Assembly: GCA_964627655.1 (NCBI GenBank)
Contig: CAZVJZ010000001.1
Location: 1 to 41,675, forward strand
Reading direction: 5' to 3'
DNA from: an uncultured Candidatus Bathyarchaeia archaeon
Lineage (GTDB): Archaea; Thermoproteota; Bathyarchaeia; Bathyarchaeales; B24-2
Length of the DNA stretch: 41,675 nucleotides
Both the position numbers and the translations under genes were made by a program. The notes under the pieces were generated by a model, which saw only the letters and a program-made list of their open reading frames with translations, did not search any database and was not told where the DNA came from. Shown in pieces: positions 34,765 through 41,675 of the stretch. Positions within the stretch are counted from its first letter, which is position 1. Each line of letters begins with the position of its first letter.

Positions 34765-35475
34765 ATGGCGAAGAAAGTGGCAAAGAAGGGTGAAGTCAGA
34801 GAGGTTATCTACGACGAGGCGCGCTGGAGGCTACTCGGCGAGCTGAGGAACTCAGCGGTCGACTTAATGGAGAAGCTTAACAGGTTCAACATTCCCTCCA
34901 TAGTTTACGGAAGCGTTGCCCGTGGAGACGTAAGCGAAAACAGTGACGTAGACATATTCGTCTATAACCCTCCATCCTCATTCGTCCTCGAAACAGCCTT
35001 AGAAGCAGCGGACATAAAGCCCATGAGGAGGCTGATCGTTCAGGCGACCCCCCAATACGCGATTAAAGGCGTTCTAGAGATCGATGAGAGACTCTCCGTC
35101 TCGTTTCCTCTCGTGAGGATGCGTTCGGTCGAAAGAGGCTTGTACAGGTTCGGCGGAGAAGCTGACCTACAGACCCTTCGAGAGGGAAAACGTGTATGCG
35201 GTGTGGATAAACGTCTAATGCTCATACAGCCCACCAGTAGGGGACACTTAGAAAGCTCGATAGTAGGGAACGAGGAGTATGCTGCTAAAGTCCTCAAGAT
35301 ACCGGTTGAAGTCGTCAGGAACAGGGTTCGCATACTTCTCAGGAGAGACGATATAGGAAGAACCGGTATCTTCGTCCAGAGGGAGTTAGCCCCAGACGAG
35401 ACTTTCGAGCTGGCTTTGAAGAGACTTGCTGAGGAAAATCCGGCCGTCCGTAGAAGGTTGAAGTCTTTAAGGTAA
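34765..35475 (+). CDS. Pol-beta-superfamily nucleotidyltransferase-domain protein with an uncharacterised C-terminal domain
   Basis: The NTase signature is YGSVARGDVSENSDVDIFV (GS...DxD). About 150 further residues follow that contain no motif I recognise. Confidence 0.6.
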   Translation: MAKKVAKKGEVREVIYDEARWRLLGELRNSAVDLMEKLNRFNIPSIVYGSVARGDVSENSDVDIFVYNPPSSFVLETALEAADIKPMRRLIVQATPQYAIKGVLEIDERLSVSFPLVRMRSVERGLYRFGGEADLQTLREGKRVCGVDKRLMLIQPTSRGHLESSIVGNEEYAAKVLKIPVEVVRNRVRILLRRDDIGRTGIFVQRELAPDETFELALKRLAEENPAVRRRLKSLR

Positions 35476-35486
35476 TGTCTAGGGCT

Positions 35487-36611
35487 TTAAGCTATGGAGT
35501 AACGTAGAGTAGCCGCTATCCCGCCTAGAGACTTAAGCTGTAAGCCCGCCTCGTTCCTCACAGACACCATTAAGACACTTCCACCCCTCTCTTCGACGTA
35601 GCCCATTATCTTCTCCAGTCTCCTCCTCAGGTCTTCAGAAGACTCCCTGAAGTAGGAGTCTAAGACCAGTAGCCTGTCGATCGCTCCGGACTCGGCAGCC
35701 CTCTCCACGTCCTCTATACCGTAAGCCACGTCTCCTTTACCTTTTCCGAGCCTCTTTAAAACATCTTGTAGAGCCTCCATCTCTACAGATAACCTTATCT
35801 CACTGAAAGCTTTAGAGAGAACGCCTGACCTGAGAGCCTCCCGTACCCCGCTTAAACCGGCGCTGTTGACGCTTTTAACGTCCACTATATCCTCGGCTAC
35901 CTTCACGTACCGCCTCTTCACGAACTCTACGAACTCGTTCTTGATGAAGCCTGGACCTATGACTACGGCTTTTCCCCCTACCTCACGGATGACCTTCTCA
36001 AGCGCTTCAGACGCCTTCTTGAATAGGTTGTTCTTAGCTTTCTCCCTGTGCTCGGCTTCTAGTTTACCCGGAAGCCTCACCCTCTCCTCCACTCTAACGT
36101 CTATCCCGAACTCTCTGACGACGGCGATACAGAAGTCTTCATCGTCTATAGACAGCACCACGACAGGTTGCGATCTAGCCTTCATCGATAGCTCAAGCCT
36201 GTCGATATGATGTTTCCTCCACTTCTTCTTGGCTAAGATGAAAGGTTTATTGACCGCTAGGCTGAGGGTATGGTGGAAGCCTACGACGTTAAACTCCTCC
36301 GGCGCCTCCCTCACAACTCCGTGAACCCTGAGTTTGTTCGAGAACCTGTCCCAAGCAACCTTCTCGACCTCCACCGTAAGGTCTAGGCTTACTCTTCTAC
36401 CCTTCTTAGGCCGAGAGTATGCTTCGTCTGCTTTAACCGTTCTCGACGTCCGAGCGTGAACTAAGTCTCCGGCTTCGATCAGGTTGTATAGGTGCCAGAG
36501 GTCCTCTTCGTTTTCCGGTATAAGCTTTAAGCTAAGCCTCCTCTTTCCTTCCCTCCACTTCACAAGAAACTCTCTATACCCCTCTATCTTCAACCTCGAC
36601 ACTAGCTCCAT
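35487..36611 (-). CDS. pelA: Pelota (Dom34) mRNA-surveillance / ribosome-rescue factor
   Basis: N-terminal LKLIPENEEDLWHLYNLIEAGDLVHARTSR is the Pelota signature. The central and C-terminal eRF1-like domains are colinear with the family. 374 aa. Confidence 0.85.
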   Translation of the reverse strand: MELVSRLKIEGYREFLVKWREGKRRLSLKLIPENEEDLWHLYNLIEAGDLVHARTSRTVKADEAYSRPKKGRRVSLDLTVEVEKVAWDRFSNKLRVHGVVREAPEEFNVVGFHHTLSLAVNKPFILAKKKWRKHHIDRLELSMKARSQPVVVLSIDDEDFCIAVVREFGIDVRVEERVRLPGKLEAEHREKAKNNLFKKASEALEKVIREVGGKAVVIGPGFIKNEFVEFVKRRYVKVAEDIVDVKSVNSAGLSGVREALRSGVLSKAFSEIRLSVEMEALQDVLKRLGKGKGDVAYGIEDVERAAESGAIDRLLVLDSYFRESSEDLRRRLEKIMGYVEERGGSVLMVSVRNEAGLQLKSLGGIAATLRYSIA

Positions 36612-36697
36612 CTAAGCGGAACATAGATTTATAAGGTTCCGTCGAGCTCCACTTTAAACTTTAATAGATTCCCCCCCTTAAACATAAAGAGTGAAGG

Positions 36698-39076
36698 TTG
36701 GGTTATATGAGGAAAGCCTTCTGGCTTCTAGACGTTAACTATGAGTTTAGAGAAGGCGTTCCAGAGGTCTGGGTTTGGGGTATAGATAGAGAGGGTAAGA
36801 GGATACTCATCATCGACCAGAGCTTCAGACCCTACTTCTACTGCATACCGAAAGATGGGGTAGACCCTAAGGAGATAATCGAGGAGGCTAAGTCTGATGA
36901 GGAGTTGATGCGAGATATAGTCGGGCTGGAAGCTTGCGAGATGAGGTATTTCGGGAAACCAGTGGACGCCGTAAAGGTGACCTACACGAATCCAGACGCC
37001 ACCGAAGAACACGTTAAGAAGGTCTTGAAGACAGGTAAAGTCGAGAAGGTGCTCGAGGACGATATAAGGTTTACAGCAAAGTACCTGATAGACAGGAATT
37101 TGAGGCCATGTAGCTGGTACGAGATAGAAGTTGAGGAGCTGAAAGGCTGGGAGGGAGTCAGGGTGGACGCTGTTTACCTAGCTAAACCACCTTTCACACA
37201 GCTCGAGCTCTACGAAAACCCAGATTTGAAGGTGCTGGCCTTCTCGGTCGTCTGTTACAGCACAGTCGGAGAACCACTCCCCCAGAGAGACCCTATAGCT
37301 ATAATATCCTTGGTCACGAGCGACGGAAGAAGCGAGCAGTTCTCCCTGAACAAAAGCGGCGAGAAAGGTCTGATCGAGTCTTTCGTGAACTTCGTGAAGA
37401 AGTTTGACCCAGACATAATCGCCGGTTACGCGACGAACAGCAAATACTGGGACTACTTGATCGAGAGGGCTGCTAGGAACGGAGTGAACTTATACGTGGG
37501 GAGGACAGAGAGCATTCCTCACAGAAGCGTTTACGGCCACGTATCTGTTACCGGCAGGATAAACTTGGACCTACTCGACTACGTCGAGGAGTTCGGGGAG
37601 GTTAAGGTTAAGACTTTAGAGAACTTCGCCGAGTTTTTAGGGGTGACGGGAGGCGGCGAGGCGGAACCGATAGAGGAGATGGAGTTCGCTAGGTATTGGG
37701 ACGACCCGGCGAAGCGCTCTAAACTGCTGCTATTCTCGATGGACAGGGCGAGAAAGGTTATGGGCATAGCAGATAAGATCCTAGACTACTCGATGCAGCT
37801 AGCGAACATAGTAGGCATCCCGATGGATTACGTAGGCTCCGCAGCTGTAGGCTTCAGGGTCGAATGGCTCCTGATAAGAGAGGCGAGGAAGTTTGGTGAA
37901 CTCGTGCCGAAGAAGGTGGAAAGAAGATACTTCCCATACGCCGGCGGGATGGTATTAACTCCGAAGAAAGGGTTACATGAAAATATCGCAGTCCTAGACT
38001 TTAAGTCTCTATACCCGAACATAATGATAAAATATAACATATCTCCGGACACGTATGTGGATCCTGGAGTAGAGGTTCCGGAAGAGAAAGTTTACGTGGC
38101 CCCTGAGGTCGGACATAGGTTTCTGAAGGAGCCTCCAGGCATATATAAGAAGATTCTGGAGAGGCTTATCTCGGCGAGAGATGAACTGCGGGTTAAACTT
38201 AAAAGCTTAGCGGTGGAGAGTCCAAGCTACAGGCTTTACGATGCAAGACAGAAGGCGATAAAGGTTATCACAAACGCTGTTTATGGTTACGCCGGTTGGC
38301 TCGGTGCCAGATGGTACATCAAGCCTGTCGCTGAAGCAGCCACGGCGTGGGGTAGACACACCATCCGAAGCACTCTCGAGTTAGCTAGGGAGCTAGGCCT
38401 GAACGTGATCTACGGGGACACGGATAGCGTCTTCGTGGAGTACGATGAAGAGAAAATAAACAGGCTCTTGAGTATGGTTAAGGAGAAGCTAGGTTTAGAG
38501 TTAAGGCCGGACAAGGTCTACGTTAGGGTACTCTTCACGGAGGCTAAGAAGAGGTACTGCGGTCTACTGGAGGACGGGAGGATGGACTATGTGGGCTTCG
38601 AGATAGTGCGTGGAGACTGGACTGAAGCGGCTAAGAAGGTTCAAGAGGAGGTTTTAAGGATAATTCTGAAAGAGAAGTCTCCAGATAAGGCTAGAGACTT
38701 CGTGGTCGAGTATGTATCTAAACTTAGAGAGCGGAGGATCCCGCTGAGAGACCTTGTGATCTGGAAGTCCATCACGAGACCTATCGAGGAGTATAAGGTC
38801 AACGCTCCACATATAGAGGCTGCCAAGATACTTATCGGTAAGGGATGGACGGTCTATCCGGGGGATAAAGTAGGTTACGTGATAGTCTCAGGTTCAGGTC
38901 CGATCTACAAGAGGGCTGTCCCATACAATCTAGCTTCGATCGAAGACATCGACATAGAATACTACATATCGAAGCAGATAATACCTCCTGTGGAGAGGAT
39001 ACTGAAGGTCTTCGGCGTCGATATAAAGCGGGCTGTTACCCATAGATCTCTGAGAAGGTTATTAGATGCATATTAA
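36698..39076 (+). CDS. polB: Family-B DNA polymerase (Pyrococcus/PolB3-like architecture) with degenerate exonuclease motifs
   Basis: Motif A DFKSLYPNIM (about 37997-38026), motif B KAIKVITNAVYGY, motif C IYGDTDSV (38411-38428), and KKRYCG. The N-terminal domain FRPYFY is colinear with Pfu/KOD-type PolB over the full length. The probable start is ATG 36707. See the findings for Exo I/II/III. Confidence 0.95.
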   Translation: MGYMRKAFWLLDVNYEFREGVPEVWVWGIDREGKRILIIDQSFRPYFYCIPKDGVDPKEIIEEAKSDEELMRDIVGLEACEMRYFGKPVDAVKVTYTNPDATEEHVKKVLKTGKVEKVLEDDIRFTAKYLIDRNLRPCSWYEIEVEELKGWEGVRVDAVYLAKPPFTQLELYENPDLKVLAFSVVCYSTVGEPLPQRDPIAIISLVTSDGRSEQFSLNKSGEKGLIESFVNFVKKFDPDIIAGYATNSKYWDYLIERAARNGVNLYVGRTESIPHRSVYGHVSVTGRINLDLLDYVEEFGEVKVKTLENFAEFLGVTGGGEAEPIEEMEFARYWDDPAKRSKLLLFSMDRARKVMGIADKILDYSMQLANIVGIPMDYVGSAAVGFRVEWLLIREARKFGELVPKKVERRYFPYAGGMVLTPKKGLHENIAVLDFKSLYPNIMIKYNISPDTYVDPGVEVPEEKVYVAPEVGHRFLKEPPGIYKKILERLISARDELRVKLKSLAVESPSYRLYDARQKAIKVITNAVYGYAGWLGARWYIKPVAEAATAWGRHTIRSTLELARELGLNVIYGDTDSVFVEYDEEKINRLLSMVKEKLGLELRPDKVYVRVLFTEAKKRYCGLLEDGRMDYVGFEIVRGDWTEAAKKVQEEVLRIILKEKSPDKARDFVVEYVSKLRERRIPLRDLVIWKSITRPIEEYKVNAPHIEAAKILIGKGWTVYPGDKVGYVIVSGSGPIYKRAVPYNLASIEDIDIEYYISKQIIPPVERILKVFGVDIKRAVTHRSLRRLLDAY

Positions 39077-40187
39077 GGGGCTGCTTAACGACGTTCGAGA
39101 TCCTCCCGGCGACTATGTACTTAACACCCCTCTCCTCAGCTATGTCCACTAGACGCTGAGTTATCACGCCGTCGAATACTATGGTCTCCACACCCTCCAT
39201 CTCTTTAAGTTTCTCGGCTAGCTCCCCGACAGGCAGTCTTCCAACCTCCTCGAGCTTCTCGTTTAGAAGGACCGCCTCGAGGGTTCCCTCGATCTCCTTC
39301 GCTATCTCCACTATCTTCTTCGGCACGAGCTTCCTTCCGACCTTCCTGCGGGCTTCCCTATATAACTCTTCGACAGGCTTCCTGTTTCTAAGTGCTTCGG
39401 CTATCTCGTTTGGGGCTAACTCCTCGACCTCCTTCCCTTTAGGAGCCCTAGCTATATACTTCACGTTCGTGACTTGAAGCAGCTCCTTCTGAATCAGGTC
39501 GCCTCCCCTATCTCCGTCCAGCAGAGCCGTAGCCTCCTTCTCTTTGGTTAACTTTATTATGGTCTCTGGGATCTTCGCTCCTTCAAGCGCTATCACGTTC
39601 TGGTAGCCGCATTTCAGCATGTTTATGACGTCGGCTCTACCCTCCACGATGATTATCTCCTTAGCGGAGTCTATTTCAGGCCCGCAGGTGAGCTCTTCCG
39701 GACCATACTTCTCGACCCTTGCAGTCCTTAAAGTTTCAGAAACCTCCCTATAGACTTCCTCGGCCGTCGGCAGACTCTCTATAGTCCAGTCGTGGAGTAT
39801 CTTTTTAGCCCTCTCGATTATCTGTTTTCTCTTAGCCTCTCTGACGTCCTCTATACGCTCGAGTGTTATCTTGGAGGCGCATGGGCCTACCCTGTTTATG
39901 CTTTCTATGCTTGCTGCTATGATAGCTGTGGAAACCTTATCTAGGCTCGTCGGGATTATTATCCTCCCGTAAGTTCTATCACCCTTCGATTTCAGCTCTA
40001 TCTCGATCCTCCCTATCCTACCGGATTTCTGTAGTTCTCTAAGGTCTAATTCAGGACCGAATAAGCCTTCGGTTTGACCGAAAACCGCTCCTATAATGTC
40101 AGGCTTCTCGACCACTCCTTCAACTTCGAATTTAGCTTTAATTATATATTTAGCAGTAAGGGTTTGAGACGGACCCATCTTCAACAT
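39036..40187 (-). CDS. dnaG: Archaeal DnaG-type primase / exosome-associated Toprim protein
   Basis: N-terminal KYIIKAKFEVEGVVEKPDIIGAVFGQTEGLFGPELDLRELQKSGRIGRIEIEL is the archaeal DnaG hallmark. The Toprim block is IIVEGRADVINMLKCGYQNVIALEG...DGDRGGDLI. The 3' end overlaps polB by 41 nt in convergent orientation. Confidence 0.9.
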   Translation of the reverse strand: MLKMGPSQTLTAKYIIKAKFEVEGVVEKPDIIGAVFGQTEGLFGPELDLRELQKSGRIGRIEIELKSKGDRTYGRIIIPTSLDKVSTAIIAASIESINRVGPCASKITLERIEDVREAKRKQIIERAKKILHDWTIESLPTAEEVYREVSETLRTARVEKYGPEELTCGPEIDSAKEIIIVEGRADVINMLKCGYQNVIALEGAKIPETIIKLTKEKEATALLDGDRGGDLIQKELLQVTNVKYIARAPKGKEVEELAPNEIAEALRNRKPVEELYREARRKVGRKLVPKKIVEIAKEIEGTLEAVLLNEKLEEVGRLPVGELAEKLKEMEGVETIVFDGVITQRLVDIAEERGVKYIVAGRISNVVKQPLNMHLITFSEIYG

Positions 40188-40297
40188 TCCTCTAACAAAC
40201 GATTATGTTAATTACTTCTTCCTTTTAAGATATTAACGTTATCCGACTTTAAGTACTTATCATATTTCTATCAGGTAGAGATGGAGGTGAACGTTCT

Positions 40298-41392
40298 TCA
40301 GCGGGTCACCTCTATCTTCATCATCTCCTCAAGTCTTTCAGGATGCTTGTTGAAGTGGTCTCTAACAGGCTTAAGTATCTTCCCTATGGACTCAGCGACC
40401 GCTAGCTTGAGGTCTAGAGGATGTAGGTCACCTTTGAGGTATACTCTTTCGAGTTCATAGAAGCTGTTGAAGCTTACCGGCCCACCATACTTTTCCGGCC
40501 TCTCCACCGTTAGCTTTCCCTCTTCAGCGAATATTATGTACTTAGCGATCTCGAGTATAGGGTTACCTTCGACCTCTCTTGGTGGACAGTACGCATTCCT
40601 TATCTTCCTCTTTATGTCCTCGGGGCTGTCGTGGACGAATATGCAGTTTTCAGGGATACTCTTAGACATCTTGGAGCTTATCTGAACGTTAAGTCTTGCA
40701 TCCTCGTCGAACCTTTTCTCCGACCTTGACGGACCCTGAAGCCCTAGGAGTAGATGCGTATGGATACAGGAGGGCTTCCTCCAGCCTAGCTTCTCTGCGA
40801 CATCTCTGGCTAACATATGGGCCTTCCTCTGGTCCATTCCTGCGCAGGCGACGTCCAGCTCCATATGGAATATGTCCGCCGACTGCATGCATGGATAGTA
40901 GATCCAAGCAGCCTCTATGTCTGATGGGTTCATCTCTCTCCCCATGATAGGTAGGGCTCTCCAAACCCTCTGGAGAGAGACGGACTTAGCGATCTTTATG
41001 ACTTTCTCCCAGTAGCCCTCGTCTCCCACTAGGTCTGAAGCCCAGATATACTTCACCTTAGACGGGTCTACACCTAGGGCTGTGAAGCATTCCTTGAAGT
41101 ATTCGCCGCAGATCCTTATCTTCTCCATATCTCCGCCTAGCTTGTTGTTTATCCATGAATGCCAGTCTGCCAGGTAGATTATGAACTCGAAACCAGCCTT
41201 TATCATGTCTTTTATCTTCGACCCGCAGACTAAACCCATACCTATATGCATGAGGCCTGAGCACTCGAAACCCCAGTAAGCACGCGGATGCGGGTTCTCC
41301 TCTAGAATCCGCTCTAGCTCACTTTTGGTCACCGCTTCCTCGACGTTTCTCAACACCAGCTGGAGACGCTCTGACTTATCCAACTCGACCAC
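40298..41392 (-). CDS. tyrS: Tyrosyl-tRNA synthetase (long crenarchaeal-type form)
   Basis: HIGH-type MHIGMG, KMSKS, and YCPPREVEGNPILEIAKYIIF...RPEKYGGPVSFNSFYELE...LHPLDLKLAVAE. This is colinear with the remembered M. jannaschii TyrRS (AYCPAGVVEGNPIMEIAKYFL...RPEKFGGDLTVNSYEELE...LHPMDLKNAVAE). Confidence 0.9.
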   Translation of the reverse strand: MVELDKSERLQLVLRNVEEAVTKSELERILEENPHPRAYWGFECSGLMHIGMGLVCGSKIKDMIKAGFEFIIYLADWHSWINNKLGGDMEKIRICGEYFKECFTALGVDPSKVKYIWASDLVGDEGYWEKVIKIAKSVSLQRVWRALPIMGREMNPSDIEAAWIYYPCMQSADIFHMELDVACAGMDQRKAHMLARDVAEKLGWRKPSCIHTHLLLGLQGPSRSEKRFDEDARLNVQISSKMSKSIPENCIFVHDSPEDIKRKIRNAYCPPREVEGNPILEIAKYIIFAEEGKLTVERPEKYGGPVSFNSFYELERVYLKGDLHPLDLKLAVAESIGKILKPVRDHFNKHPERLEEMMKIEVTR

Positions 41393-41520
41393 ACTAAACC
41401 ATAGAGTTAGAATTAAGCATTAAAGCTTTAACCCTTTCCTTAACGGTTTCCTAAGATAAAACTTAATTTATATGTTGTCTTTCTAATGTGATCAGCGACT
41501 ATAGACGATAGAGGTCGAAG

Positions 41521-41675
41521 ATGTTAACGCCGTTAACTCGTTTTATGTTACGCCCCGTCTATCGGGTTTATGAAAGCTACTTGGAGAGGGAAGTTAAGAG
41601 AGGAGAGATCCCATCGCATCTAGCGGTGATCTTAGACGGAAATAGAAGGTTCGCTAGGAAGATGGGTTTCAGCGA
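41521..41675 (+). CDS. uppS: cis-Prenyltransferase (undecaprenyl-diphosphate synthase family), 5' part; the 3' end lies outside the window
   Basis: Not in the ORF track because it runs off the edge. ATG 41521 opens MLTPLTRFMLRPVYRVYESYLEREVKRGEIPSHLAVILDGNRRFARKMGFS, which contains the UppS hallmark P.H.A.I.DGNRR.A. A TATA-like box (cttaatttatatg) lies about 40-50 nt upstream. Confidence 0.8.
   Translation, partial: MLTPLTRFMLRPVYRVYESYLEREVKRGEIPSHLAVILDGNRRFARKMGFS

Noticed and set aside
22016-36611. Co-occurrence of ABCE1 and Pelota (ribosome rescue/recycling partners) as a possible functional cluster
   Set aside because: They are about 12 kb apart on opposite strands, with more than ten unrelated genes between them. 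In a small compact genome this is compatible with chance.
40467-41264. Four ORFs nested in tyrS (40467-40685 +, 40689-40964 -, 40696-40947 +, 41058-41264 -)
   Set aside because: They lie inside or antisense to a TyrRS gene that aligns end to end with a known TyrRS. Their Arg/Pro/Gly-rich sequences are characteristic of off-frame translation.
1-41675. Search for CRISPR arrays, tRNA/rRNA genes, integrases, transposases, reverse transcriptases, toxin-antitoxin pairs or known defence genes
   Set aside because: I found no regularly spaced direct repeats and no recognisable structured-RNA genes. No ORF carries recombinase, RT, HEPN or nuclease-defence signatures. The window appears to be core chromosome plus a metabolic island rather than a mobile or defence island.

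Overview
Gene-dense archaeal chromosomal window. Archaeal markers present are ABCE1, Pelota, archaeal-type DnaG, KEOPS Cgi121, FAU-1, a PDCD5-like dsDNA-binding protein, a thiolase/DUF35 pair, a family-B DNA polymerase and a 364-aa TyrRS. GC is roughly half by eye. Shine-Dalgarno-like GGAGG(G)TGA motifs precede internal operon genes, and A/T-rich TATA-like boxes sit in divergent spacers. The style suggests a TACK-type (Thermoprotei/Korarchaeota-like) thermophile, but that assignment is only a guess. I support about 43 protein-coding genes (two run off the window edges) plus two decayed gene remnants. I found no rRNA, tRNA, CRISPR array, integrase/transposase or other mobile element. Most of the window is housekeeping: translation, tRNA modification, replication, dNTP synthesis and ribosome rescue. 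The accessory-looking part is about 5.9-15.9 kb: a GHL10-like TIM-barrel gene, two tandem MLE-subgroup enolase-superfamily paralogs, two translationally coupled Amidohydro_2 genes, a GT-like/GH130-like pair, a SWIM protein and an FAH hydrolase. The observations I rate highest follow. (1) The family-B DNA polymerase keeps polymerase motifs A/B/C, but the residues aligned by eye to all four 3'-5' exonuclease carboxylates are S, V, Y and R. (2) The divergent enolase/amidohydrolase/TIM-barrel cluster looks like an uncharacterised catabolic module. (3) A KdaD-like FAH gene has collapsed to its N- and C-terminal pieces beside an AT-rich spacer. (4) rtcA is followed 6 nt later by the RNase E/G-like FAU-1 gene. 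(5) The AdoCbl-dependent RNR gene overlaps a cob(I)alamin adenosyltransferase gene. All family calls rest on motif recognition by eye and on remembered reference sequences; no database search was run.
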